In this document: piece by piece, positions 10,901 to 20,085 of the stretch
Position numbering within the stretch: the first letter of the stretch is position 1
Layout of the letters: each line of letters starts with the position of its first letter
NCBI GenBank assembly: GCA_902835305.1
Contig: CADFMD010000002.1
Span: forward strand, 63,374-127,373
Source: Coriobacteriaceae bacterium
Lineage (GTDB): Bacteria > Actinomycetota > Coriobacteriia > Coriobacteriales > Coriobacteriaceae
Direction: 5' to 3'
DNA: 64,000 bases
Notes under the pieces: generated by a model
The model's input: the letters and a program-made list of their open reading frames with translations, nothing else
What the model was told of the DNA's origin: nothing
Database searches by the model: none
Made by a program: the position numbers and the translations under genes

Positions 10901-12599
10901 GCACCAGCTGGCAGGCCGTACGAGAGTCCTCGAGCAGGTTGCCGTGGTTGCCCAGGTAGAGCGTGGTCGAGGTGACCATATGCTCGCGAAGGGCGTCGAT
11001 GGGCGGGTTCGTGACCTGAGCGAACAGCTGATAGAAATAGTCGTAGAAGGAGCGCGTCTTCTTGGACAGGCAGGCCAGCGGCGCATCGATGCCCATCGAG
11101 GCGAGCGGCGCCTTGCCCTGCTGGGCCATGGGACGCACAACCTCGTCAACATCATCCCAGTGATACCCGAGCTTAGCCATGCGCACGGCGGCGGGCACCT
11201 CGGCGTCCTCGGCGGGCGTTGCCGTGGCAGGCCTATCGAGCGCGTCGACGGTCAGCGTCTCCTCGGCAATCCAATCACGGTAGGGCTTTTCCTTGGCGTA
11301 ACGGGCGCGCAGCTCGTCGTTGTAGATCACGCGGCCGCGGGCAAAATCGACCTCGAGCATCTGGCCCGGCCCCAGACAGCCGCTCGTCAGGATGTTCTCG
11401 GGGCTCACCTCGATGGTGCCCACCTCGCTTGCCAGCATAAAGCAACCGTCGCGCGTCACATAGTAGCGGGCGGGGCGCAGGCCGTTACGGTCGAGGGCGG
11501 CGCCCAGCGTGCGACCGTCGGTAAAGGCGATGGCTGCCGGGCCATCCCACGGCTCCATGAGCATGGACTGGTAAGCGTCGTAGGCGCGGCGCTCCTCACT
11601 CAGGCTGTCGTTGTGGTCCCACGGCTCGGGCAGCAACATGGACGCGGCACGCGTGAGCGGACGACCGTTCATGACCAGGAACTCAAGCACGTTATCCAGA
11701 ATCGCGGAATCGGATCCCTCGCGGTTGATGATAGGCATCACGCGCTCAAGATCGTGCTGCAGCACGGGGCTGTACAGGTTGGGCTCGCGGGCGCGAATCC
11801 AGTTGACGTTGCCCTTGAGGGTGTTGATCTCGCCGTTATGGATGATAAAGCGGTTGGGGTGCGCGCGCTCCCAGCTGGGCGTGGTGTTGGTGGAGTAGCG
11901 CGAGTGGACGAGCGCCACGGCCGTCTTGACGGCGGCGTCGTTGAGGTCGATGAAGAAGCGGCGCATCTGCGTGGCGACGAGCATGCCCTTGTACACGATA
12001 GTGCGCGAGCTCATGGAGCAGACGTAGAAGATCTTGTCGCGCAGGGCAAACTCGGCATCGGCCTTCTTCTCGATAGTGCGACGGCACACGTACAGGCGAC
12101 GCTCGAAGGCATCGCCGGCGGGCGTGTCGTCGGGGCGGCCCAGAAAGGCTTGCAGAATGGTGGGCATGCAGGCGCGTGCCGTCTCGCCCAAGTCGTGCGG
12201 GTCGACGGGCACCTCGCGCCAAAAGAGCAGCGGCACGCCGGCCTCGGCGCAGCCCTCCTCAAACACGCGACGGGCATCCTCTACGCCCTTGTCGTCCTGC
12301 GGGAAGAACAGCATGGCCACGCCATAGTCGCCCTCTGCCGGCAGAATCTGGCCGCACTTTTGAGCCTCTTTGCGGAAAAAGTGATGCGGAACCTGGAACA
12401 GGATACCGGCACCGTCGCCGGTGTTCTTCTCGAGTCCGGTGCCGCCGCGGTGCTCCAAGTTGACCAGAATGGACAGTGCATCGTCCAGAATCTGGTGATG
12501 GCGCTCACCGTTGATATCGGCAAGCGCGCCGATGCCACATGCATCGTGGTCGAATTCGGGGCGATAAAGGCCCTGCTGCTGAGCGGAATCTGCCTGCAT
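7902..12599 (-). CDS. gltB: Glutamate synthase large subunit
   Basis: 1565 aa; N-terminal Ntn amidotransferase start MQ..CGIGA, FMN and 3Fe-4S domains, C-terminal GXGXG domain; RBS GGGGAGGA. Confidence 0.95.
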   Translation of the reverse strand: MQADSAQQQGLYRPEFDHDACGIGALADINGERHHQILDDALSILVNLEHRGGTGLEKNTGDGAGILFQVPHHFFRKEAQKCGQILPAEGDYGVAMLFFPQDDKGVEDARRVFEEGCAEAGVPLLFWREVPVDPHDLGETARACMPTILQAFLGRPDDTPAGDAFERRLYVCRRTIEKKADAEFALRDKIFYVCSMSSRTIVYKGMLVATQMRRFFIDLNDAAVKTAVALVHSRYSTNTTPSWERAHPNRFIIHNGEINTLKGNVNWIRAREPNLYSPVLQHDLERVMPIINREGSDSAILDNVLEFLVMNGRPLTRAASMLLPEPWDHNDSLSEERRAYDAYQSMLMEPWDGPAAIAFTDGRTLGAALDRNGLRPARYYVTRDGCFMLASEVGTIEVSPENILTSGCLGPGQMLEVDFARGRVIYNDELRARYAKEKPYRDWIAEETLTVDALDRPATATPAEDAEVPAAVRMAKLGYHWDDVDEVVRPMAQQGKAPLASMGIDAPLACLSKKTRSFYDYFYQLFAQVTNPPIDALREHMVTSTTLYLGNHGNLLEDSRTACQLVRLERPLLNEEEFERICAIDRVGFKTRRFRAVYRRDAGEGALQAALKQLAEDVEAAVRDGVNIVVLSDRAGAGEVPVPSLLAVGCVHNHLIRAGVRTFADIVVECGDAVSPHDFAALVGYSASGIYPYNAHACIRDLAARGDLDVTAEQGIANYNRAATAGIVSIMSKMGISTVQSYHSAQIFEAVGFTPEFVNAYFAGTVSRVGGMGVEDVEREQNERYDAALAILKSPAPDQLPTLGLTKWRPLGGEDHLIDPQTVYLLQTACREDSYDTFKEYSARLHRTGRAVRLRDLLDFNANGRTPVALDEVEPALNIVRRFNTGAMSYGSISKEAHECMAIAMNRLHGRSNSGEGGEDPRRETPLANGDSKNSAIKQVASARFGVTSRYLCSAFEIQIKMAQGAKPGEGGHLPGKKVYPWIAEVRQSTPGIGLISPPPHHDIYSIEDLAELIFDLKNANPGARVSVKLVSEAGVGTIATGVAKGAADKILISGHNGGSGAAARDSIWHAGLPLELGLAEAQQTLLQNGLRSRVVLEADGKLMDGTDVAVACLLGAEEFGFATMPLISMGCLMQRDCQQDTCPAGIATQNCRLRRGFRGKPEHVEHFMLFVAEQLREVMASLGFRTVDEMVGHPECLRQIEVPGNRKANLLDLSPVLASATCEFGAHIPGADGRHFLPQMAADSELDKTLDSTLFVPYTADARAHLRPIRFRADIANVNRCVGTILGNAVTKAHPEGLPAGSITIDCDGSAGQSFGAFLPRGITLNVCGDANDYFGKGLSGGEVSVRPNPHATYKFDENIIVGNVAFFGATSGRGFINGLAGQRFGVRNSGATVVVEGCGNHGCEYMTGGLALILGEVGQNFAAGMTGGVAYVFDQYGTLDARVNHESVELKAPTAGELAQIRELIQEHVDATQSPRGIKLLYSFETMSKHFVKVIPTEYERVLAIVAASEAAGKTHAQAEELAFDIVTGRASAADVARFDIAGGAAGAASVAASSVASTKKEA

Positions 12600-12783
12600 C
12601 GCGATCCTCCCCTAGATATTTAGACAGTCAGTTGAATAGGCATAGTAGGGGCATCGGGGCGTCGTTGTGTTTCCCGCCCGTTTCGAAACAATCGCGTAAC
12701 GCACACCTTACGAGTGGGCACCGCCGACCTCAAGGGCGAAAACATAGGCCCCAAGTTCGACCTGCAAACTCACCTCTTCATAC

Positions 12784-13000
12784 ATCTCAATCTGTAACAG
12801 TAAGACCCAATTTCGACGACTAACTGTTACAGATTGAGATGTTTTCGAGAGACGGTTCCAAATGTCTCAATCTGTAACATGAAGGGCCGGTTTTTGCAGC
12901 TAACTGTTACAGATCGAGATTTTCCATAGGACCATTTCTTCCTGTCTTGATCTGTAACACCTAGACCCAATTTCCATCCCTAGTTAATACAGATCAAGAC
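12784..13000. repeat. Hairpin-repeat array 3: three 57-bp units with 23-bp linkers, in the divergent gltB/gpmA intergenic region
   Basis: Units at 12784-12840, 12864-12920 and 12944-13000; arms (A/G)TCT[CT][AG]ATCTGTAACA. Confidence 0.9.
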
Positions 13001-13165
13001 ATTTCGGCAATCCCCTTTCACCGTCCCATTCAAATACAACAATTTTGTTAGTCATGGTTAACTTTTTAGCATAAAACGGGTATCCTTTGCGGCGTCAAGC
13101 AAACGGCACGCACACCGTGCCAGATCAAGGAGGCCCCTATGGCGCACCGAGCAGACCGACAGACA

Positions 13166-13912
13166 ATGCAACTTGTCCTTATCCGTCACGGAGAATCCGA
13201 GTGGAACAAACTCAACCTGTTCACCGGCTGGACCGACGTAGAACTCACCGACACGGGCCGCGAAGAAGCCGCAGCAGGCGGTCGAGCCCTCAAAGAAGCG
13301 GGCTTCGACTTCGACGTCTGCTACACCTCGCGTCTCAAGCGCGCAATTCACACCCTCGACATCGTGCTCGGCCAAATGGATCGCGAGTGGTTGCCCGTCA
13401 TCAAATCCTGGAAGCTCAACGAGCGCCACTACGGAGCGTTGCAGGGTCTCAACAAGGCCGATGCCGCAGCGGAGCACGGCGACGAGCAGGTGCTCATCTG
13501 GCGCCGCTCCTTCGATGTCTGCCCGCCGGCACTCGAGCCGGACGACGCGCGCGATCCCCACACCCAGGAGCAATACCGTGATGTCGCGCCCGATCAGCTG
13601 CCCTATACCGAGTGCCTCAAGGACACGATCGCCCGCGCCTGGCCTTATTTCGAAGACGAGATTCGCCCCCAGATGCTCGCCGGCAAGCGCGTACTCATCG
13701 CCGCACACGGCAACTCCCTGCGCTCACTCGTCATGAAGCTCGAGCACCTCACGCCCGAGGAGATCCTCAAGGTCAACATCCCCACCGGCGTGCCGCTCGT
13801 CTACACCTTCGACACCGATTTCAACGTCCTCGACAAGCGCTACATCGGCGACCCGGCGACCATCGCCGCCAAGATCGACGCCGTGGCCAATCAGGGCAAA
13901 GCGCACAAGTAG
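13166..13912 (+). CDS. gpmA: 2,3-bisphosphoglycerate-dependent phosphoglycerate mutase
   Basis: LIRHGESEWN catalytic-His motif near the N-terminus; ~248 aa. Confidence 0.9.
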   Translation: MQLVLIRHGESEWNKLNLFTGWTDVELTDTGREEAAAGGRALKEAGFDFDVCYTSRLKRAIHTLDIVLGQMDREWLPVIKSWKLNERHYGALQGLNKADAAAEHGDEQVLIWRRSFDVCPPALEPDDARDPHTQEQYRDVAPDQLPYTECLKDTIARAWPYFEDEIRPQMLAGKRVLIAAHGNSLRSLVMKLEHLTPEEILKVNIPTGVPLVYTFDTDFNVLDKRYIGDPATIAAKIDAVANQGKAHK

Positions 13913-13987
13913 CCCCAACCCAAATCCGAAGCGTGGCGCCGCACGACCCAGATGCGACGTCACGCCGCCCATACGCAGGAGCTCACC

Positions 13988-15244
13988 ATGCTCAACCATC
14001 TCAAACAACACTTTGGCTCCCGACGCACCGGCGGTCACGGAGGCCTAGACATTGCGCGGCATATCGGCCCCGGGCTGCTCGTGACCGTCGGCTTTATCGA
14101 CCCGGGCAACTGGGCCTCCAATATGGCCGCGGGCTCGCAGTTTGGCTACGCGCTGCTGTGGATCGTCACGCTGTCCACGATTATGCTCATTGTGCTGCAG
14201 CACAACGCGGCGCACCTGGGTATCGCCACGGGCGCCTGCCTTGCCGAGGCCACGACACGTTACCTCCCCCGCTTCGTTGGACGCACGGTACTCGCCAGTG
14301 CCTATCTCGCGACTGTCGCCACCGCCATGGCCGAAGTCCTGGGTGGCGCGATTGCCCTTCAAATGCTCTTTGGGCTGCCCGTGCGCGCGGGCTGCGTCAT
14401 CGTGGCGGCAGTATCGATGGCGATGCTCATGACGAACTCCTACAAGCATGCCGAACGCTGGATCATCGCCTTCGTAGGCGTGGTAGGACTCTCGTTTTTG
14501 GCCGAGCTTGCACTAGTCAAGGTCGACTGGCCGCAAGCCGCCGTAAGCTGGATCACGCCTAGTATGCCCACTGGCTCTGCCGCGATTATCGTGAGCGTCC
14601 TGGGTGCGGTCGTTATGCCACACAACCTTTTTCTGCACTCCGAGGTCATCCAATCCATGCACTTCGAAGGCCAAGGCGAGCAGGTTATCGAAGAACGTCT
14701 GCGCTACGAGCTCTTCGACACGCTCTTTTCGATGGGCGTGGGCTGGGCAATCAACTCGGCCATGGTCATCCTGGCCGCAACGACCTTCTTTGCGCACGGC
14801 ATGGTCGTAGACGACCTCACCGTCGCAGCGGCCACGCTCTCCCCCATCTTGGGCCCGGCGAGCTCGACCATCTTTGCGGTAGCGCTGCTGTTCGCGGGAT
14901 TATCGAGCAGCGTGACAGCGGGCATGGCGGCGGGAACCATCACTGCGGGCATGTTCGACGAGGAATACGACATCCACGACCGACATTCCTCGGTCGGGGT
15001 GGCGGCCTGTTTCGCCGGAGCAGTGGCGGCGTGCCTGGTCGTTCCAAATCCTTTTGAAGGTCTCATCTGGAGTCAGGCACTGCTGTCGCTTCAGCTGCCG
15101 ATTACGGTCTTTGTGCTCATACGACTCACCAGTTCACGCCGCGTCATGGGCAAATACGCCAATTCGCGCCCGCTCAACGCGCTGCTTGTAGGGATTGGTG
15201 TCATCGTGACGATTCTCGATGTCGTGTTGTTGACAGGGATGTAA
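13988..15244 (+). CDS. mntH: Nramp-family divalent metal (Mn2+/Fe2+) transporter
   Basis: GPGLLVTVGFIDPGNWASNMAAGSQFGY and MPHNLFLHS Nramp consensus motifs; 11-12 TM helices. Confidence 0.85.
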   Translation: MLNHLKQHFGSRRTGGHGGLDIARHIGPGLLVTVGFIDPGNWASNMAAGSQFGYALLWIVTLSTIMLIVLQHNAAHLGIATGACLAEATTRYLPRFVGRTVLASAYLATVATAMAEVLGGAIALQMLFGLPVRAGCVIVAAVSMAMLMTNSYKHAERWIIAFVGVVGLSFLAELALVKVDWPQAAVSWITPSMPTGSAAIIVSVLGAVVMPHNLFLHSEVIQSMHFEGQGEQVIEERLRYELFDTLFSMGVGWAINSAMVILAATTFFAHGMVVDDLTVAAATLSPILGPASSTIFAVALLFAGLSSSVTAGMAAGTITAGMFDEEYDIHDRHSSVGVAACFAGAVAACLVVPNPFEGLIWSQALLSLQLPITVFVLIRLTSSRRVMGKYANSRPLNALLVGIGVIVTILDVVLLTGM

Positions 15245-15271
15245 TGGGACGGGGCACCTACCCAGGCAAAC

Positions 15272-15408
15272 GTCTCGATCTGTAACATCTAGACCCGCTT
15301 TTGATGTCTAGATGTTACAGATCGAGATCATTCCGAGGGACAGCTCCGTTTGTCTCGATCTGTAACAGGAAGACCCGTTTTGAGCCGTTAGACGTTACAG
15401 ATTAAGAC
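15272..15408. repeat. Hairpin-repeat array 4: two 57-bp units with a 23-bp linker, between convergent mntH and rubredoxin
   Basis: Units at 15272-15328 and 15352-15408; in unit 1 the stem extends into the loop (TCTAGAC...GTCTAGA). Confidence 0.9.
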
Positions 15409-15551
15409 AAAAGGTCGGCCGGACTCACAACAGACAGGATCGGCCAACAGCAACCGTGATCCCTTGGGGGCGGAGGAAAAGGGCCCCGGCCGAGAATTCG
15501 ACCGAGGCCCTTGGACAGAGCTATGTTCGGCTTTCGCCGTGTGTCTGCGAG

Positions 15552-15695
15552 CTACTCCTCGACGAGCTCAAACTGATCGGGACCGACGCCACACACCGGG
15601 CACACATAATCCTCGGGCAGCTCGGGCGTATCGACCTCAACCTCGTAACCGCAAACGACGCACACGAACTTATACGTCTTCTTCTCCTCAGCCAT
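15552..15695 (-). CDS. rub: Rubredoxin (47 aa), absent from the ORF track because it is under 60 aa
   Basis: Hand translation [47 protein letters not shown] with two CxxCG Fe-binding knuckles; RBS GAGGAGA. Confidence 0.85.
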   Translation of the reverse strand: MAEEKKTYKFVCVVCGYEVEVDTPELPEDYVCPVCGVGPDQFELVEE

Positions 15696-15784
15696 GATGT
15701 TCTCCTCTCAAACGCAACTGGTGATGTACTTCATTTATCAGTATAGATTCTTAATAATATAATGCAAGTATTTTTAAAACATTT

Positions 15785-16288
15785 CTAACCTTGATACGAG
15801 GACGCCTTCGGAGGCGTCTTGCCCTTCAGGACCTTATGGTAGTAATCGTAGGTGAGCGGCGTCTCGTCACTCAAGCGCTCGGCATCCTCGACCTCGCCGA
15901 TAAACAGTAGATGCGTGCCAACATCCACAGTGTCGATCAAATGGCAGCTAAACAGGGCCGCCGCGTGCTCGGGCACATAGGGCATGCCCAGAGCCGTCTC
16001 GCGGGTCTCGTATTTAGCAAACTTGTCATAATCGCTGCTGGTGCGGAACCCAAAGTTACCGATGTAGAGCATGTCGGCGGTCTGATCGATCACGGTCAGC
16101 GCGAACGCTTTGGCCGAAGCGATGACGCCCGAGGTGACGTTGTCCTTGTTCACGGCAACCGAAATGCGCGGCGGCATGGACGTCACCTGCACCGCAGTGT
16201 TGATGACGCAGCCGGCGCGCAGCCCGTCTGCCGCGGCGCTCACCACGTACAGACCGCTCGGCATGGTAAAGAACGCAGTTTTGTCCAT
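15785..16288 (-). CDS. Flavin reductase-like (FMN-binding split-barrel) protein; with the downstream rubredoxin resembles a split high-molecular-weight rubredoxin
   Basis: MDKTAFFTMPSGLYVVSAAADG..CVINTAVQVTSMPPRISVAVNKDNVT is typical of the flavin reductase domain; RBS GGGGAG; the track ORF is longer. Confidence 0.65.
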   Translation of the reverse strand: MDKTAFFTMPSGLYVVSAAADGLRAGCVINTAVQVTSMPPRISVAVNKDNVTSGVIASAKAFALTVIDQTADMLYIGNFGFRTSSDYDKFAKYETRETALGMPYVPEHAAALFSCHLIDTVDVGTHLLFIGEVEDAERLSDETPLTYDYYHKVLKGKTPPKASSYQG

Positions 16289-16496
16289 AACAATCACTCC
16301 CCTAACGCGGGTTGGAACCTCATGGATGTATGTACCCACAAAAAAGGCGGCGCCCACAACGGACACCACCTTTGAGACATATGTGTCAAAACAGTATAAG
16401 CAAGATGAGACGCCCGCAGTTGCGGTGAAATAAGGACTGAATAGCCCCTCAAACAGGCAAAACAGTCCGTATTCCACCGCAACTTATACAGAACGC

Positions 16497-16967
16497 CTAG
16501 CGATTGCGCTCCTTGAGGGCGCGGTCGATCTCGCGCTGGACATCGCGCTTGGCCATATCCTCGCGCTTGTCGTAAAGCTTCTTGCCGCGGCCTAGGCCCA
16601 GCAGCAGCTTTACGCGGCCGTCGGTATTAAAGTAGAGCTCCAGCGGCACCAGCGCATAGCCGCGGTTGCGAAGTTTGCCGTCAAGAAAGTCGATCTCCTT
16701 GCGGTGCAGCAGCAGACGGCGCCGACGGTCGGGATCGCGATTCCACACGCCACCATGACTATAAGGGTGGATATGCAGGCCGACGAGCCAGCACTCCCCA
16801 CCACGAATCAGTGCGAAGGTATCGGTAATCTGGCACGCGCGCTCGCGAATCGACTTGACCTCGGTACCGCTCAGCTCAATACCGCACTCAAACGTCTCAT
16901 CGATAAAGTACTCGTGATGTGCCGAGCGATTCTTGGAAATGAGCTTGCGCTCGCGCTTACTGGGCAT
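16497..16967 (-). CDS. smpB: SsrA-binding protein
   Basis: KNRSAHHEYFIDETFEAGIEL..GTEVKSIR.. consensus; 156 aa from the internal ATG. Confidence 0.9.
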   Translation of the reverse strand: MPSKRERKLISKNRSAHHEYFIDETFECGIELSGTEVKSIRERACQITDTFALIRGGECWLVGLHIHPYSHGGVWNRDPDRRRRLLLHRKEIDFLDGKLRNRGYALVPLELYFNTDGRVKLLLGLGRGKKLYDKREDMAKRDVQREIDRALKERNR

Positions 16968-17874
16968 CGCCGGCCTCCTTGGCGCCATCGGCGTTTGAGC
17001 CCGCAGCCTCGCGCTTTGCCCTGCGCTCGGCATTAAGCTCGGCATCGCTCTCGCGCACCAGTTTGATAATCGCCGCGCAGGCCTCCTCGCCCACCAAGTC
17101 GCGAGCACGGACCGTCAGGCGCGTAGCCTCCTGCTTGTCGCCGTCGCTTGCAGCATCGGTCGCGCACATGATCAGGCAGATGGCGATCTCGGCCGAAGGC
17201 GAGGTCGGCACGCCCTGCAGGGCGAGCTCACCCATCACATGGTCGTCACTCTCGTCCGCGGCATCCGGATAGGTGGTATGGATCTTGTTGAGCAGGCGCG
17301 TCGTATGCGCATCATTGGGCGCCAGGCGCAGCGCCAGACGCGCGCAGCCCACGGCAGCCGAAACGTTCTCGGTCTCGGGCTCCAAGAAGTACTGACCTAG
17401 ATTGGCGTAAGCGCGGGCGGCGCACTTGCCATCGCTTGCACGCTCCAGCACCGAAAACGAAAGCGAAGCCCACTCCTGCTTGTCCTCGAGCGCGCGGAAC
17501 AGCTCGGCCAAGTCCAAGCGATAGTTGCAGTTCATGGGATCCCAACGCACGGCCTGCATCAGGGCATTCCGAGCACTCACATAATCCTGCTGGCGAATGT
17601 AGGCATACGCCATGTCGGAATACAGGCGATCAAAGGGCACCTCGACCTGCACCAGCTCGCGCGGATCCTTTTCCACGCGGCGGTAGGCCAGACGCTCAAA
17701 CTTGCTGTCGAAGCTAAAATACTGGCGCTTCTCCTCCGTCTTGCATTCAGCGTCGATATACTCCTCGGCAAGCTCCACCAGACGCTCCAGCAGCGGCGTC
17801 GCCGTAGCCAGGTCGCCCTGCGCCAGATAGTTCTCGGCATACGTGATGTCTTCCAAGCTGATAGGCAGGTCCAT
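16957..17874 (-). CDS. Hypothetical helical-repeat (TPR-like) protein
   Basis: 305-aa ORF overlapping the smpB start by 11 nt; Ala/Leu-rich repeats. Confidence 0.5.
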   Translation of the reverse strand: MDLPISLEDITYAENYLAQGDLATATPLLERLVELAEEYIDAECKTEEKRQYFSFDSKFERLAYRRVEKDPRELVQVEVPFDRLYSDMAYAYIRQQDYVSARNALMQAVRWDPMNCNYRLDLAELFRALEDKQEWASLSFSVLERASDGKCAARAYANLGQYFLEPETENVSAAVGCARLALRLAPNDAHTTRLLNKIHTTYPDAADESDDHVMGELALQGVPTSPSAEIAICLIMCATDAASDGDKQEATRLTVRARDLVGEEACAAIIKLVRESDAELNAERRAKREAAGSNADGAKEAGDAQ

Positions 17875-17971
17875 GACAACTCCTCGGTCCGGGCGGCAGA
17901 CTCAACGCGCGCCTTAAATATCGGTCAATACACAAAACCCGGGTCTCTTACGAGGCCCGGGCGTTCAATTT

Positions 17972-18048
17972 TGGTAGCCCGTACCAGATTCGAACTGGTG
18001 ATCTCCGCCTTGAGAGGGCGGCGTCCTAAACCGCTAGACGAACGGGCC
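17972..18048 (-). tRNA. tRNA-Glu (anticodon CUC)
   Basis: Cloverleaf folded by hand: GGCCCGT acceptor stem, anticodon arm CCGCC/cuCUCaa/GGCGG, TTCGAATC T-loop, encoded CCA. Confidence 0.8.
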
Positions 18049-18065
18049 ATATGTAGCAAATGCAA

Positions 18066-18139
18066 TGGCTGGGATGGAGGGAGTCGAACCCCCATTGACG
18101 GAACCAGAATCCGCTGTCCTGCCATTAGACGACATCCCA
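18066..18139 (-). tRNA. tRNA-Gln (anticodon CUG)
   Basis: Acceptor stem TGGGATG/CATCCCA, anticodon loop uuCUGgu, GGTTCGACT T-arm, encoded CCA. Confidence 0.75.
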
Positions 18140-18255
18140 ATGACTGCATCGCTGCGCTCGGCTGTGCCTTTGCGCAAGAAAGAAATATACGGGAAGTCCG
18201 GCCGTGACGCAAGCCCCAATTTTGACTTTTTTGAAATTCAGTCAAATACGGCCGA

Positions 18256-18315
18256 CACGTGAAGGACCTGTGAAGCGCCAGCGACACGTGAAGGACCTGT
18301 GAAGCGCCAGCGACA
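18256..18315. repeat. Perfect tandem duplication of a 30-bp unit (acgtgaaggacctgtgaagcgccagcgac x2)
   Basis: Direct reading of the sequence. Confidence 0.8.
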
Positions 18316-18412
18316 CGTACGGCGCCAAAGCCCGTAAAACATCCCGCATCTACCGCTGGTAGATTACAACAATGCAGCACTCACGGCTGATGGCACAATC
18401 GAACCGTCATCA

Positions 18413-18844
18413 TTGCACGGATATCGAGGCGCCATGGACGAAGAGCTTGATTACCTATGGGAGACCCTGGGCCTCGAGATCACTGCTGACCTTTGGCCCG
18501 AACGGGACAAAATCCATCCCACTCTGCGCCCCGCCATCACGGTGATGCAGGCAAAATACCGCCGTGCATCCTTTTTGATCATGCGGATGTCATGGCACGC
18601 GGGACTCCCCGACCTTAAGCGAATCCAGGCAAGCCTCGTCGAGCTGTCCGGTATGCCGACTGTCATATCCGAGGCGCACCTGGAGCAGCGACAGCGCGAG
18701 CGACTGCAACAGCAGCGGATTCCCTTTATCTGCCCCGGTGTTCAGGCATATCTGCCCTTTATGGACGAGGAGTACTGGAGCGGCAAGCCCAACAAGCACG
18801 TAAAGGTCTACGATCCGCACGAATGGGCGCAGCTCAAGGATTGA
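18413..18844 (+). CDS. Hypothetical protein (143 aa)
   Basis: Intact ORF; no recognisable motif. Confidence 0.4.
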   Translation: MHGYRGAMDEELDYLWETLGLEITADLWPERDKIHPTLRPAITVMQAKYRRASFLIMRMSWHAGLPDLKRIQASLVELSGMPTVISEAHLEQRQRERLQQQRIPFICPGVQAYLPFMDEEYWSGKPNKHVKVYDPHEWAQLKD

Positions 18845-18916
18845 GCCGAGCGAGCCCTCCGATGGAAAACACGTCCCACCCCGAGCGCTCAAAACGGGTC
18901 GCACTTTCCGCAGCCG

Positions 18917-19276
18917 CTACAGCAGCGCCTCGGTCCAAGCTGCTTCCCTAAAGCCGGGAATCGCAAAGTCGTCGCCCACCAACAGCGGACGCTTGACCAG
19001 CATGCCGTCGGTCGCCAGCAGCTCGTAGCACTCCCGATCCGTCATGCCCGCATCTAGACGTGCCTTCAGGCCCAGCTCTCGATATTTCATGCCCGACGAA
19101 TTAAAGAAGCGCCGCACCGGCAGTCCCGAACGAGCAATCCAGGTCGCAAGCTCATCAGCCGCGGGATTGTCCAAAACGATATCGCGGTCGATATACTCTA
19201 CCCCGTGTTCGTCCAGCCATGCCTTGGCCTTCTTACAGGTCGAGCACTTGGGATATTCAACAAACAGTACGGTCAT
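18917..19276 (-). CDS. ArsC/Spx-family (YffB-like) thioredoxin-fold protein
   Basis: MTVLFVEYPKCSTCKKAKAWLDEHGVEY..: CxxC at the start of a glutaredoxin-like fold, ~119 aa; RBS AAGGAAA. Confidence 0.65.
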   Translation of the reverse strand: MTVLFVEYPKCSTCKKAKAWLDEHGVEYIDRDIVLDNPAADELATWIARSGLPVRRFFNSSGMKYRELGLKARLDAGMTDRECYELLATDGMLVKRPLLVGDDFAIPGFREAAWTEALL

Positions 19277-19398
19277 GGGATTTCCTTTCTTAGAGAAAAC
19301 AGGTGTCTGGAAAACTGCACATCGACGACCGCTCGCGATTGCAGCCGTTATTGTAGTCAATGTCGAAGCATAGGCAGTCGCGATGTCTCGTCTTAAGG

Positions 19399-19980
19399 CT
19401 AGCGCCTCGCATGGGCGCCGATCGGCCGAGTCGCATGGCGCACCAACGCCGCTGTCAGCAATACCAACAGCATGGCGGTGACATAGCCCGCAGCATCGAA
19501 TCCTAAATCGATAACGTCGAAATGCCTGCCGGGAACAAAGATCTTATGTACCTGATCGCCAACGGAGCAGACGGCGCAAAAGAGCAACACGGGCACGCAA
19601 CGGGAGCATACGCTCCACGGACGCCTGGAAAAGCAAACCACGACCACCGAGGCGAACAATCCGACGAAGAAAAACTCTACGGTATGGGCAACGCGACGGA
19701 CGTTCGTGCCCACCCACATGCGAATGGAAGCAAGTCGGCCAGACCGTACATTCGAGGCAGCCGAATCGGTGCCCCCGGTCATTCCGTTCTCCGTCTGAGC
19801 TTCACCCGTGGCATCGGCAGCCTGTACGCCCGTAGCCTGACCCTCCACCACACGCGCGGTGGACTCGCTCAGCAACGACGTCTGCACCGCGTTTTGCTCC
19901 GTCAGCACCCAGATGCCCGCCAGCGTTGCAGTGAACAGAGCGATCGCGGTCCATCCGATTATTTGTTTTACGCGTGCCAA
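19399..19980 (-). CDS. Hypothetical polytopic membrane protein (possibly VanZ-like)
   Basis: 4-5 predicted TM helices; no firm motif. Confidence 0.4.
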   Translation of the reverse strand: MARVKQIIGWTAIALFTATLAGIWVLTEQNAVQTSLLSESTARVVEGQATGVQAADATGEAQTENGMTGGTDSAASNVRSGRLASIRMWVGTNVRRVAHTVEFFFVGLFASVVVVCFSRRPWSVCSRCVPVLLFCAVCSVGDQVHKIFVPGRHFDVIDLGFDAAGYVTAMLLVLLTAALVRHATRPIGAHARR

Positions 19981-20085
19981 AGGCCAACCTCCGTTTTTTG
20001 AATATCAGCGAGTGTAGTCCAAAATGACATCGTCACCGTATCAAAATTTGAATCGCAACAGGAAGCAACAAAGCGACGCAAACTC

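Noticed and set aside
7902-12623. Very long antisense ORFs in the track, for example 9906-12623 (+, 905 aa), 29973-32753 (+, 926 aa), 6379-8151 (+), 2411-3790 (+) and 25764-26741 (+)
   Set aside because: They lie opposite well-supported genes (gltB, secA, gltD, amidohydrolase, tkt). Their translations are Arg/Ala/Gly/His-rich low-complexity typical of GC-rich antisense frames. They lack RBSs and recognisable motifs.
16289-17971. tmRNA (ssrA) gene next to smpB
   Set aside because: The flanking intergenic regions (~200 nt and ~95 nt) are too short for a ~350-400-nt tmRNA. No tRNA-Ala-like acceptor/T-arm signature was seen.
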